From: Prochlorococcus sp. AG-436-O11
Lineage (GTDB): Bacteria; Cyanobacteriota; Cyanobacteriia; PCC-6307; Cyanobiaceae
Assembly (NCBI GenBank): GCA_003212535.1
Contig: QCPO01000002.1
Coordinates: forward strand, 33,215-97,214
Reading direction: 5' to 3'
Length of the DNA stretch: 64,000 bases
In this document: one piece after another, positions 29,080-38,638 of the stretch
Numbering within the stretch: position 1 is the first letter of the stretch
Layout of the letters: every line of letters starts with the position of its first letter
Program-made: the position numbers and the translations under genes
Notes under the pieces: generated by a model
Seen by the model: the letters and a program-made list of their open reading frames with translations, nothing else
Database searches by the model: none
Told to the model about the DNA's origin: nothing

Positions 29080-30393
29080 TTATTCATTTTTTAAAGTCTT
29101 TAAATCATTAAATTTTTTCTGCATAGTTGAATTATCTTTAGTTAACTTTTTAACTGTTAAGTCTTGAGATTTACTATCTGCTGATAGAAGGTGTTTTTTA
29201 GATAAAAGTAAGGCTTCTTTCGTTTTTTTTAAATGATTTATTGATTTATCTATTTCAGAGATTGCATCATTAAATCTGTCTTGAGCTAGTGAAACGTTTT
29301 TGCCTACTGCATTTTTAAATTGTGCAAGAGTACTTTCAAAATTCGTGATGTCATAATTCTCTCTTTTCATTAAATCAATTTGTGATTTGTATTTTAAAGA
29401 TTCCAAAGAGGCATTTCTAAGTAGAGAAATAATTGGCAGGAAGAATTGAGGTCTAATAATATACATCTTTGGGAACCTATGTGAAACATCAACAATGCCA
29501 GAATTGTATAATTCGCTATCTGGTTCGAGTAATGAAACCAATACTGCATATTCGCATTCCTTTTGTCTTCTGTCTTTATCTAATTCTTTTAAAAATTCTT
29601 CGTTCTTTCTTTTATAAGTACTATTTATACTTTCATTTTTCATCTCAAACATTATACTTACGATTTCAATTTTATTTTCATCAAATTCCCTAAATATATA
29701 ATCACCTTTACTTCCTGAAGCTACATCATTATCTTTTTCAAAATATGAGTTTTTAAATGAAGTAGAACGATTAAGATTAAACTGCGTTTCACAATGAATT
29801 TCTAGTGATTCACCAATCATCTTTGTAGATAATTTTGATTTCATGTCTCTGAGCTCTTGAATTGTTATATCTCTTTCACTTATTTTGTTCTTGTACTTTT
29901 CTTCAATTGATTTTTCATTAATTGATTGTTCTAATCTAAACTTTTCAATTGAATTTTTTAAGGAAGAGTTCTCTTTCTCTAAAGTAGTTACTGCTTCATT
30001 CACTTTGTTTTTTAAAGACAATTCAGAAATTATAGATTGTTTAGCAATATCTTCTCTTAATTTATTGAGTTCATTATTAAGTAAATTGATTTTGTTTGAT
30101 GACTGATTTTTTAATTCGTTTATGACGTTTAATTTCTGTTCCTCCGCAAAATTTAATTTAGATTCAAGGGTTTGAATTTTTGTTTCTTTTATACGATTTT
30201 GTTCAATCAATTGTATCTTTAATTCGTGTTTTAAGATTTCTATACCTTTTTTATAATCCTCTTCTGCTAATAGAAGTCTTTCTTGTATTTGTTTATTAAA
30301 TTCTTCATTTTTTATTTGGCCAAGTATTTCTTCAAAGCTGCTTGGATCTATTCCAAAGGTTTTCCCGCACGAAGGACATTTTATCTCTTTCAT
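29080..30393 (-). CDS. DUF2130 family coiled-coil protein
   Basis: IKCPSCG N-terminus, STKMIGESLE.HCE, GSKGDYIFRE, IMFEMKNE, AVLVSLLE. Confidence 0.85.
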   Translation of the reverse strand: MKEIKCPSCGKTFGIDPSSFEEILGQIKNEEFNKQIQERLLLAEEDYKKGIEILKHELKIQLIEQNRIKETKIQTLESKLNFAEEQKLNVINELKNQSSNKINLLNNELNKLREDIAKQSIISELSLKNKVNEAVTTLEKENSSLKNSIEKFRLEQSINEKSIEEKYKNKISERDITIQELRDMKSKLSTKMIGESLEIHCETQFNLNRSTSFKNSYFEKDNDVASGSKGDYIFREFDENKIEIVSIMFEMKNESINSTYKRKNEEFLKELDKDRRQKECEYAVLVSLLEPDSELYNSGIVDVSHRFPKMYIIRPQFFLPIISLLRNASLESLKYKSQIDLMKRENYDITNFESTLAQFKNAVGKNVSLAQDRFNDAISEIDKSINHLKKTKEALLLSKKHLLSADSKSQDLTVKKLTKDNSTMQKKFNDLKTLKNE

Positions 30394-30526
30394 TTTTTAA
30401 TTACAAAATATATATTTAGAAATGATTTAATATTCATTTTGTTTATAAAGGCATATAGTTCTTGATCCACGATAAACAATGATTAAAGATCATGCATAAA
30501 ATAATGAAAAAAGTTTCACCAATAAT

Positions 30527-30895
30527 TTAAATTAAACCGGATTCTTTTAGAATATTAATTTTATTAGCTAACTCAATATCGGAGGAAGAGATTGAACGGT
30601 CTAAATTTTTGCTTGAAGAAATTGTATATCCGCTATCATCAACAAATTCATCTTCTGAAGCTGTCAAATCTTTTTGGTGTTTGGGATTATTTATATAATT
30701 ATTAGATTTTAAATGTTGAGTTTTATTTAAATTGCTATATCCGAAATTCACTATCCCTCTTGCATCTAATGCTTCTTCAACTAATAATCCAACAACTTTT
30801 GATCTACTTATGGATTCCTGCTTGGATATTACATCTATTATTTCAAGGACCCTTTTTCTCGGCAAATAGCCGATCCTCTTGACTTTATCTTCCAT
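30527..30895 (-). CDS. Ribbon-helix-helix (CopG-like) hypothetical regulator
   Basis: KRIGYLP...LEII...ISRSKVVGLLVEEALDARG. Confidence 0.65.
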   Translation of the reverse strand: MEDKVKRIGYLPRKRVLEIIDVISKQESISRSKVVGLLVEEALDARGIVNFGYSNLNKTQHLKSNNYINNPKHQKDLTASEDEFVDDSGYTISSSKNLDRSISSSDIELANKINILKESGLI

Positions 30896-31112
30896 AAAAA
30901 ATAATAATATGTCATTATTGTAACACTTCTGTCAAATAATCTGATTTGCTAAAATATCTTTTGATTGTGGTTAAGTAATGCAAAAAAAAATAAATTTAAA
31001 GATGTTTTAATGTAGTTTATTTATTGTTAACACAAGAGATATTTTCTAGGCATTATCTAATTGCCTTTTTAGATTATTTCTTAAATTTTTTTTAGCTAAA
31101 TTATTATTTCTC

Positions 31113-31316
31113 ATGAAAGATAAAATTTATGATAATTCAGATAGTTTTGCTATGTCATTTGATGAGGAATGGCAAAAAGTCAGCTGCGAAGATATAAAAG
31201 TCAAGATAGACAAAGTAATTGATCAAATGTCTTATCATCCTTTCGTCGCTTCCAACCCAGATACTGCGAGAAAAATTGCTGAATTTAGGATTTTCTCATT
31301 AAAAAAATTTAAATAA
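31113..31316 (+). CDS. Hypothetical protein
   Basis: 67-aa ORF with plausible composition. Confidence 0.65.
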   Translation: MKDKIYDNSDSFAMSFDEEWQKVSCEDIKVKIDKVIDQMSYHPFVASNPDTARKIAEFRIFSLKKFK

Positions 31317-31375
31317 ATTAATTTTGAGATAATAATTTTGATTTTTTTTCTTTATTCAATTTACGTTTTTTTAGA

Positions 31376-31549
31376 CTAAATATTTGGAGAATTAAAAAAT
31401 CCCTTACTATACAAAAATATTATTATTCCAATTATTGGCCCTATTCCAAATATAAATAAGACTAATTTAGCGGAATTTTTTGTTTGCCCTAATTCATTAG
31501 TTTTTTGAATTGATTTATTTTTATTTTTTTTAGACTTTTTGTTCTTCAT
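31376..31549 (-). CDS. 57-aa protein, basic N-terminus plus TM
   Basis: MKNKKSKKNKNKSIQKTNELGQTKNSAKLVLFIFGIGPIIGIIIFLYSKGFFNSPNI*. Confidence 0.55.
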   Translation of the reverse strand: MKNKKSKKNKNKSIQKTNELGQTKNSAKLVLFIFGIGPIIGIIIFLYSKGFFNSPNI

Positions 31550-31689
31550 AAGTAAAATATTACCTCTAAAATATAAATATTATTAATTGAATTATTAAAT
31601 TATTCGGATATTATTATGTTGGTTTAATTCACTATCTGGTAAATACAAATTTTCCAATATTGTATAATAAATTATATTGAAAATACAAT

Positions 31690-31896
31690 ATGAATGCATC
31701 TAAGAGAGAAGAAGTTCTTTCACACCTTAGATATATAAGGTTAGAGTTAAGAGAGATGCATCAAATGCTTATTAAAGATGATTTGTTGCCAGACTTAAAC
31801 GAAGCTAAAGAAGTCCGTTCACAACTAGATGCTCTTCACGAATTACTATTAAATAAAGGCAATAAAAAGAGAAAGAGTGAATTTAGTGATTTTTAA
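31690..31896 (+). CDS. Helical hypothetical protein (paralog of 33161-33337)
   Basis: KREEVLSHLRYIRLELREMH...LLP. Confidence 0.7.
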   Translation: MNASKREEVLSHLRYIRLELREMHQMLIKDDLLPDLNEAKEVRSQLDALHELLLNKGNKKRKSEFSDF

Positions 31897-31920
31897 AAAT
31901 ACTAGATAAATTTATCAATG

Positions 31921-32106
31921 TTAAGTTTCAGATTCTATTTCCTTGCGATTATCATGCATTATTTCTAACTTATTGTAGATCTCCTTTATTTGGATTTGTA
32001 GAAGATCAGTTGAATTGATATTACTTAAGGATTCCATTGCGGATAAAAGACTTTCCTTTGCTTCAACCAAATGTCTACATTCTTTACTTCCTGCTTCGTA
32101 GGACAT
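31921..32106 (-). CDS. Hypothetical protein
   Basis: 61-aa ORF MSYEAGSKECRHL... Confidence 0.65.
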   Translation of the reverse strand: MSYEAGSKECRHLVEAKESLLSAMESLSNINSTDLLQIQIKEIYNKLEIMHDNRKEIESET

Positions 32107-32751
32107 GATTTAAAAAGTATATAATCTCAAATATAATGAGTATAATTCAGTATTGTTTGATACTATTATCAAATGAAAGCTTGTTAATGTTAATTGTTAT
32201 ACAACATAGGTTTAAACTTTCAATAAAATAAGTTTCAAAAAGAATTATATGCCAGATAACTTGAATAATTATTAATACTCTATTTTTTAGGCGATATATA
32301 TTGAAAAAAAAAGAATTGATTTATTAGAAAGTTCTTATGAATAATGTTTCTTATAGGAATATAGATAATGTATAAATCATGTTTTGATTTATTATTAAAT
32401 TTTACTTGTAAGGCAAGAACCAATTATTTATTAAGAAGTTTATATTGTATTTATTTTTATTTATTAATTGTAGTAGTTATTTTATACAAGAAATAAAGAC
32501 TAACAATAAAAACAATTACTAGAAAAATTGTTAATGGTGAAAAACTATACATTTTTAATTAAATAATTTATTTAAAAAATGTTAGCAAATTCTAATTAGA
32601 AATAATTTTCAATTTAATTATTATTTATAAGAAAATAAATAAACTTTTTAAATTCATCTTTTTCCAAGTTTATTTTTTTTGTTTTGATCTTTTTTAATTT
32701 TTCAAAAATCTTTTCTATTAGATATTCTGTTTTGTTACTCATTTAATCTAA

Positions 32752-33102
32752 TTATCTTTCTAATAAGTAAATTTTTTCTTGACCAATTTTATCTGGCTTT
32801 GTTATTTTACATCCTTTATCTTTTTCCATGTCACAATTTTTTGAAGCAGGAACTGATTTCCAAGTACATATTTTTTCTTCAGAATATTCTTTTACGACTA
32901 CCCAGCCATCATCTGTATATTTTGATATACCATCTTCCCCACAAGAGAATCGTATTTCAATTTGGTTATTTTCAGTAATAGAATCTTTTTCGATATTTTC
33001 TTTGGACTCATCTATAAATATGTCTTCATTTAATAAAGTTTTGCATGAACTTATTAGTATTAAACAAACGAATATAGGAAAAATTTTTATTATGTTTTTC
33101 AT
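32752..33102 (-). CDS. Putative lipoprotein with Cys-rich domain
   Basis: LISSC lipobox-like, four additional Cys, DGWVV. Confidence 0.7.
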   Translation of the reverse strand: MKNIIKIFPIFVCLILISSCKTLLNEDIFIDESKENIEKDSITENNQIEIRFSCGEDGISKYTDDGWVVVKEYSEEKICTWKSVPASKNCDMEKDKGCKITKPDKIGQEKIYLLER

Positions 33103-33160
33103 GTTTATGGCTTTTTTAAATAATTTCTTGAGATTTTCACTTATTTCAAATAATTATAGT

Positions 33161-33337
33161 TTATTTTGATTCTATTACTTTCAAAAGTTGATCCATTTTA
33201 TACATTAGTGTTTTAACTTCCTCAGGCTGCGGCAATATTAGTTCTTCTGTAACTGAAAGATGCATTTCTTTCAAGTTCTGCCGTAATTCCTTTAAATGAA
33301 CTTTTACATTTTCTTTCTTATCTCTTATTTCAGTCAT
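33161..33337 (-). CDS. 58-aa helical protein (paralog of 31690-31896)
   Basis: MTEIRDKKENVKVHLKELRQNLKEMHLSVTEELILPQPEEVKTLMYKMDQLLKVIESK*. Confidence 0.7.
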   Translation of the reverse strand: MTEIRDKKENVKVHLKELRQNLKEMHLSVTEELILPQPEEVKTLMYKMDQLLKVIESK

Positions 33338-33407
33338 GGAATTAATAATTTATAAGATATCAAATTTAAAGTTATCATTATAGTTGTATTTTTGAATAGA
33401 TAAAGTC

Positions 33408-33845
33408 TTATCTTTTTATATTTTCAATTTCATAAATTTCCTCTCCACCATTACAAAAGTTTGTTGATAGCATTCTTAATTGTTTCCTTGTTATTTTGAT
33501 TATATCTTTATTCTCAATAATATAATCTTTTGCTATTGTTTGACATTCTAATTTATCTTTTGATTGTTTAACTACTGGATAGAAATAAGTCAAAATTGTT
33601 ATTATAAATAAAAAAGAGAATATTGATTTTTTATCATTTTTGAAAAAATCTTTTACTTTTTTGTTGCTTTTTAATATTCTTATAAGATACTTATCTGGCA
33701 ATCCTATTTGGACAAATAATATTTCTACCCACCAAGGAAGAGATTTATCTTTTTGATTATTGGATTTTGCAGAATTCTTCATTTTTTTTGCTTCAAAGTT
33801 TTGATTTTTCATATCTTTTGAATTATTTGATTCTTTTTTCTCCAT
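33408..33845 (-). CDS. Single-TM hypothetical protein with FCNGG
   Basis: LPWWVEILFVQIGLPD, TM, PVVKQSKDKLEC...NFCNGG. Confidence 0.7.
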   Translation of the reverse strand: MEKKESNNSKDMKNQNFEAKKMKNSAKSNNQKDKSLPWWVEILFVQIGLPDKYLIRILKSNKKVKDFFKNDKKSIFSFLFIITILTYFYPVVKQSKDKLECQTIAKDYIIENKDIIKITRKQLRMLSTNFCNGGEEIYEIENIKR

Positions 33846-33980
33846 TTAATCAAATTACTTAATTGGAATATAGTAGTTTTATTTTGATTTGAAAACTATA
33901 TTTTTATTTTTTAAGTTTTAATTTAATTTATCTATAAATTTGATTATTGTAAATTTATATTTTAAATATATCAGTTATTA

Positions 33981-34250
33981 ATGGCAAAAAAAAGAAGAAA
34001 GTTAAATAAAGATTTCGAGAAGAAAATATATTCCTCAAAAAAAAATGTTGAATTAGTTTTAGCCAAGATTTATGACATAGATGATGAAGAAATCCAGAAG
34101 GAATATATTAGCGCATTTAATAAAGTTGTTTATTTATTTGAGCAATTAAAGAATGATTATGAGTCAATAGGATTTACTAATGATTCCGAAAATCTGATGG
34201 CCAACTATAATAATTCTTTTAATCTATTTGAGTCAGAGTTTGAAATTTAA
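33981..34250 (+). CDS. Conserved hypothetical protein
   Basis: 89-aa ORF MAKKRRKLNKDFEKKIYSSKKNVELVLAKIYDIDDE... Confidence 0.7.
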   Translation: MAKKRRKLNKDFEKKIYSSKKNVELVLAKIYDIDDEEIQKEYISAFNKVVYLFEQLKNDYESIGFTNDSENLMANYNNSFNLFESEFEI

Positions 34251-34257
34251 AATTAGA

Positions 34258-34464
34258 TTACCTTTTGAAAGGTATTACGGGTATTTCTACTCTATTGCCT
34301 TTTAATAAATTAGTTCTTTTTTGTTTCAAAAATTTTATGCAATTTGATTTCCTTCTCTCCTTCTCACAAATTTTTCTTATTTCATAATCATTCAGTGCTA
34401 ATGATTTATTGACATTTATGAAAAATGACAAAAAAAATAAAAATGTAAATAATAAATATTTCAT
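34258..34464 (-). CDS. Secreted hypothetical protein
   Basis: Signal peptide ending SLA, Cys pair, C-terminal IPVIPFK. Confidence 0.6.
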   Translation of the reverse strand: MKYLLFTFLFFLSFFINVNKSLALNDYEIRKICEKERRKSNCIKFLKQKRTNLLKGNRVEIPVIPFKR

Positions 34465-34510
34465 TAACTTAGGTGTAATGACTACTTAAATTATTGATAT
34501 TTTAATTATA

Positions 34511-34789
34511 TTAACTTTGATTATAAACATCTAAAAGATTTTTTAATTCATCTTTACTTAAGTCTGTTGAAATAAAAACTTCCTGGGCAGTTCTACCTTT
34601 TCTGGCAATTGCTTTATACCCACTGATAGTTTTTACTGATAATCTTATTATTAGTTTAGATGATCTTCCTTTTACTCTTGAAATTATTGCTGGAGTAATT
34701 GTTCTAATATTTATATTTAACGCAAGCTTCTGAAGAATTGGAATTAATCCTTCAATATTTGAGCTATGATTTAATACTAATCTTCCCAA
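34511..34789 (-). CDS. DUF2103 family protein
   Basis: GRLVLNHSS.IEGLIP.L, GYKAIARKGRTAQEVF. Confidence 0.85.
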   Translation of the reverse strand: MGRLVLNHSSNIEGLIPILQKLALNINIRTITPAIISRVKGRSSKLIIRLSVKTISGYKAIARKGRTAQEVFISTDLSKDELKNLLDVYNQS

Positions 34790-34884
34790 AATTATTAATC
34801 TTTAAAATATATTCTAATTTTAATTTAGAATTTATAAAAAGTTTTTGAAGTTCTGGTATATTTAATATTAATGATTTGACTCTA

Positions 34885-34986
34885 ATGATCTTTCAAATAG
34901 GTTGGGCCGCTTTAGCCGCAATTTTTACTTTTTCAATTGCCATGGTTGTTTGGGGAAGGAATGGTGATGGCTCAATTGATATCTGA
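34885..34986 (+). CDS. petN: Cytochrome b6f subunit VIII
   Basis: [33 protein letters not shown]; too short for the ORF track. Confidence 0.95.
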
Positions 34987-35125
34987 TTTCCCTTTTTTAA
35001 AAAATGAAGTTAATTTAAATAATTTTCTTATAATTTCATCATTTGTTTTACTTATACTTATAACCTTTGCAGTGATTTATATTTCTTATATTTCTTGGAA
35101 AGATAAGAGAAGGATTGGTAAATAA
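34967..35125 (+). CDS. Small single-TM protein overlapping the petN 3' end
   Basis: [52 protein letters not shown]; ATG at 34967. Confidence 0.6.
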
Positions 35126-35136
35126 ATTTAAAAAAT

Positions 35137-35742
35137 TTATTTCTTTTTTTTATTATCTTTTATTTTAAGTTCTTCAATCAGTTCTTTAGCTTGCTTCATT
35201 TTTTTTATGCTTGCTTTATAAATGCCAATTTCTTTTTCTGCCTTTGTAAATGGCAAATTTAAGTTTGCAAAGATTTTAGAAATTATTTTATTTTTTTCAG
35301 ATTCGCTAGTTCCTTCAAAATCAGTAGAGTTAGAAATTATTATATATAATCCTAAATTAAGTATTCTCGAGGAGTAAAGATTATTACTACTTTTATCTTT
35401 TAATAACTTTTGAAGATCTTTTGATGATTTGTTTCTAAATTCTTCTAATGACTTTTCGCAAGTTTCTTTGATTTTTCTTGATTCAAAATTAGTAGAACTG
35501 CATAATGACTCAAAAAGAAGATCTAGATGTTCTTCTGGCTTGTAACCTTTCATAAGTTCCTGGAAAATTTCTGTCAGACCAACACAAAACAAATAATCCT
35601 GAATAAATTCACTCTGATGGCTCAAAAGATTTAGTTCAACTAGCATCTCATCAACTATTGTTTTATATAAACCTGGGATTACAAAAGGGAACTTTTCGTG
35701 AAATAACTTTTTGCTATCAGATACAGTCAATTTTTCTTTCAA
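35137..35742 (-). CDS. psb29: Photosystem II biogenesis protein Psb29/Thf1
   Basis: TVSDSKKLF..FPFVIP.LY..IVDEMLVELNLL, YSSRILNLGL. Confidence 0.9.
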   Translation of the reverse strand: MKEKLTVSDSKKLFHEKFPFVIPGLYKTIVDEMLVELNLLSHQSEFIQDYLFCVGLTEIFQELMKGYKPEEHLDLLFESLCSSTNFESRKIKETCEKSLEEFRNKSSKDLQKLLKDKSSNNLYSSRILNLGLYIIISNSTDFEGTSESEKNKIISKIFANLNLPFTKAEKEIGIYKASIKKMKQAKELIEELKIKDNKKKK

Positions 35743-35823
35743 TTTTTTTATATGTAAACCTTAATAACCATAGCGTATGTTGACTCAAAATCGTTATTAT
35801 CTAATAAACGAATAAATATTATT

Positions 35824-36414
35824 ATGATCCCTTTAGTTTTAGAAGAATCAGGAGGAAGTGAAAGAGTTTTTGATATTTATTCAAGACTATTGAGAGAAAG
35901 GATAATTTTTCTAGGAGAACAAGTTACGAGTGATACTGCTAATAGAATTGTTGCGCAATTGCTTTTCCTAGAGGCAGAAGATCCTGACAAGGATATTTAT
36001 ATGTATATCAATTCCCCAGGAGGATCAGTTTATGATGGTTTAGGGATCTTCGACACAATGCAACATGTAAAGCCTGATATACATACCGTTTGTGTAGGAC
36101 TTGCCGCTAGTATGGGAGCCTTTTTATTGGCTGCGGGAACTAAAGGGAAAAGAAGCAGCTTAAGGCATTCAAGAATAATGATACATCAACCACTCGGTGG
36201 AGCCAGAGGACAAGCTAGTGATATAAGAATTCAAGCTGATGAAATCTTATTTTTAAAAGAACGCTTAAATAAGGAATTATCAGATAGAACTGGTAAAGAT
36301 TATGAGAGTATAAAGGAAGATACTGATCGGGACTTTTACATGTCTCCAAAAGAGGCTGTTGAATATGGATTAATAGACTTGGTCTTAGATAAAAAACCAA
36401 TTAGTAATACTTAG
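35824..36414 (+). CDS. clpP: ATP-dependent Clp protease proteolytic subunit
   Basis: [38 protein letters not shown]. Confidence 0.97.
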   Translation: MIPLVLEESGGSERVFDIYSRLLRERIIFLGEQVTSDTANRIVAQLLFLEAEDPDKDIYMYINSPGGSVYDGLGIFDTMQHVKPDIHTVCVGLAASMGAFLLAAGTKGKRSSLRHSRIMIHQPLGGARGQASDIRIQADEILFLKERLNKELSDRTGKDYESIKEDTDRDFYMSPKEAVEYGLIDLVLDKKPISNT

Positions 36415-38324
36415 TTAAGTAATTGAGTTGTTCTTTCTTTCTTAGGGATTGAAGTGTATTTCGATAGTATCTCTAAGAATTCATCACCATCTAAAGTCTC
36501 TTTTTCAATTAAAAGATCAACTATTTTATCCATGGCTTCTCTATTTTTACTAACTAAAGAATAAGTCTCTTTATAGCAATCTTTTACCATTACTCTTACG
36601 CTTTCATCAATTTGTTTCGAGATTGAATCAGAGACCTCACTTCTTGTCATCAAATCTCTTCCAACAAAGACTTCCTGATTACCTCCTTCAAGAGCTATAG
36701 GCCCTAATTTACTCATGCCAAATCTAGTAACCATTTGTCTGGCCATAGAGGCAACTTGTTGAAAATCTCCACCTGCACCAGTTGTTACTTCTCCTTTTCC
36801 AAAAACCACGTCTTCTGCAGCTCTTCCTCCTAGGGCACCCATTATCCTTGCTTTTAACTGTGCTCTGCTAACAAGAGTTTGCTCATCATCTGGAGTAAAC
36901 CAGGTTAACCCTTTAGCTTGACCTCTTGGAATTACTGTTACTTTTTGAACTGGATCATGAGCCTTAACTAATGAGCCTATAAGAGCATGACCAACTTCAT
37001 GGTAAGCAATTAATCTTTTACTTCTTCCATCAGTCAATGGAGAACCCTCCATCCCGGCAACAATTCTGTCCACTGAATCATCTATTTCAGAAATGCTTAT
37101 TGAATCCTTTCTTCTCCTCGCAGTTAAGATTGCAGCTTCATTAAGTAAATTTGCTAAATCTGCACCCGTAAACCCAGGGGTTCTTCTAGCAATACTTTCC
37201 AAAGTTAAATCCTCTTGGAGTTTTTTGTTTTTTGAGTGAACCTCAAGTATGGATAATCTGCCCTTAATATCAGGAGCATCTACTGTTACTTGCCTGTCAA
37301 ATCTTCCAGGCCTCATCAAAGCAGAGTCTAAGACATCTGGTCTATTTGTTGCTGCAATTATTATTATTCCACTATTACCCTCAAAGCCATCCATTTCTGT
37401 AAGTAATTGGTTAAGGGTTTGCTCCCTTTCATCGTTCCCCCCTCCAATTCCGGCCCCCCTTTGTCTACCTACAGCATCTATCTCATCAATAAAAATTAGA
37501 CATGGGCTATTTTCTTTGGCTCTCTTAAAAAGATCCCTTACCCTGCTTGCTCCAACTCCAACAAACATTTCAACAAATTCAGAACCTGATAGTGAGAAAA
37601 ATGGTACTCCTGCTTCTCCAGCAATAGCCTTAGCTAAAAGAGTTTTTCCTGTGCCGGGCGGGCCAACTAGCAAAACCCCTTTAGGTATCCTTGCTCCAAC
37701 TGATGTGAACTTTTCAGGCTTTTTTAAAAAAGTAACAACTTCCTCTAAGTCTTCTTTTGCTTCATTAACTCCAGCCACATCATCGAAGACAACTCCTGTT
37801 TCTGCTTCCATTGCAAACCTAGCCTTTGTTTTTCCGAATTGCATTGCTTGGCCAGGTCCACCAGGCATTCCATTTGATCTTCTAGCTAATAGGATTAAAC
37901 CTCCTATTAATATTATTGGAAAGAGAAGATTACCTATGATTCCTAAGGCTGGAGGAGTTGTCTTAACTGGATGTACATCAAAACTTATTCCTTCATTCTT
38001 TAGATTGTTTATTAGTTCAGGAGTTAACCCTGGTAAATCTACCCTCAGTCTTTGTACTTTATTATCTAAATCAGAATCTATAGTTTCTACAACAGCATTT
38101 CTTCCTCCATCAAAAATATCTACAGAAGTAACTCTTCCTGAATTAATGTAATCTAAAAATCTTCCGTAGCTAACCCTTGCTACAGCTGAGTTTCTAGGGG
38201 CAACTATTGAGCTGTTTGATTTTAATGAATCAGTACTCGATGAGGATAAAAATTGATAAGAAAGTGCAATGACTAGAAATATTGGTAAAGCCCATATAAT
38301 TATTGTTTTAAATTTTTGATTCAT
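36411..38324 (-). CDS. ftsH: ATP-dependent zinc metalloprotease FtsH
   Basis: [25 protein letters not shown]. Confidence 0.97.
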   Translation of the reverse strand: MNQKFKTIIIWALPIFLVIALSYQFLSSSSTDSLKSNSSIVAPRNSAVARVSYGRFLDYINSGRVTSVDIFDGGRNAVVETIDSDLDNKVQRLRVDLPGLTPELINNLKNEGISFDVHPVKTTPPALGIIGNLLFPIILIGGLILLARRSNGMPGGPGQAMQFGKTKARFAMEAETGVVFDDVAGVNEAKEDLEEVVTFLKKPEKFTSVGARIPKGVLLVGPPGTGKTLLAKAIAGEAGVPFFSLSGSEFVEMFVGVGASRVRDLFKRAKENSPCLIFIDEIDAVGRQRGAGIGGGNDEREQTLNQLLTEMDGFEGNSGIIIIAATNRPDVLDSALMRPGRFDRQVTVDAPDIKGRLSILEVHSKNKKLQEDLTLESIARRTPGFTGADLANLLNEAAILTARRRKDSISISEIDDSVDRIVAGMEGSPLTDGRSKRLIAYHEVGHALIGSLVKAHDPVQKVTVIPRGQAKGLTWFTPDDEQTLVSRAQLKARIMGALGGRAAEDVVFGKGEVTTGAGGDFQQVASMARQMVTRFGMSKLGPIALEGGNQEVFVGRDLMTRSEVSDSISKQIDESVRVMVKDCYKETYSLVSKNREAMDKIVDLLIEKETLDGDEFLEILSKYTSIPKKERTTQLLN

Positions 38325-38428
38325 TAATTTATTTCAAATTATTATTATCAATTCTAGAATGAATTCATTCTTTTCGTTGATATTTCATCTAATATTATGA
38401 TTACTAATCTATGTATAAGATTTAATTA

Positions 38429-38638
38429 ATGAAATTAGATATCAAAGATAAAGTTAAGTTAATAGTGCCTCTATCTTATCTGAAGACCTCGGATAACATG
38501 CCAATGCTAAGACCTCCAGATTTAGTTGCAATTGATGAGGTTGGTGAAGTTATATCTATTAGATCCCCTGAAATAGTAGAAATCAAGTTCAGAAGAGGAT
38601 GCTTTTTAATTGATATTGATAAAGTTGAAAAGATCTGA
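38429..38638 (+). CDS. sipA: NblS-interacting protein SipA (DUF3148)
   Basis: YLKTSDNMPMLRPPDLV, FRRGCFLID. Confidence 0.85.
   Translation: MKLDIKDKVKLIVPLSYLKTSDNMPMLRPPDLVAIDEVGEVISIRSPEIVEIKFRRGCFLIDIDKVEKI

Noticed and set aside
31600-31626. TTATGTT resembling a dif XerD arm
   Set aside because: No correctly spaced XerC arm; likely chance in AT-rich DNA.
37249-38151. 300-aa ORF on the + strand
   Set aside because: Antisense shadow of the highly conserved ftsH; no recognisable motifs.
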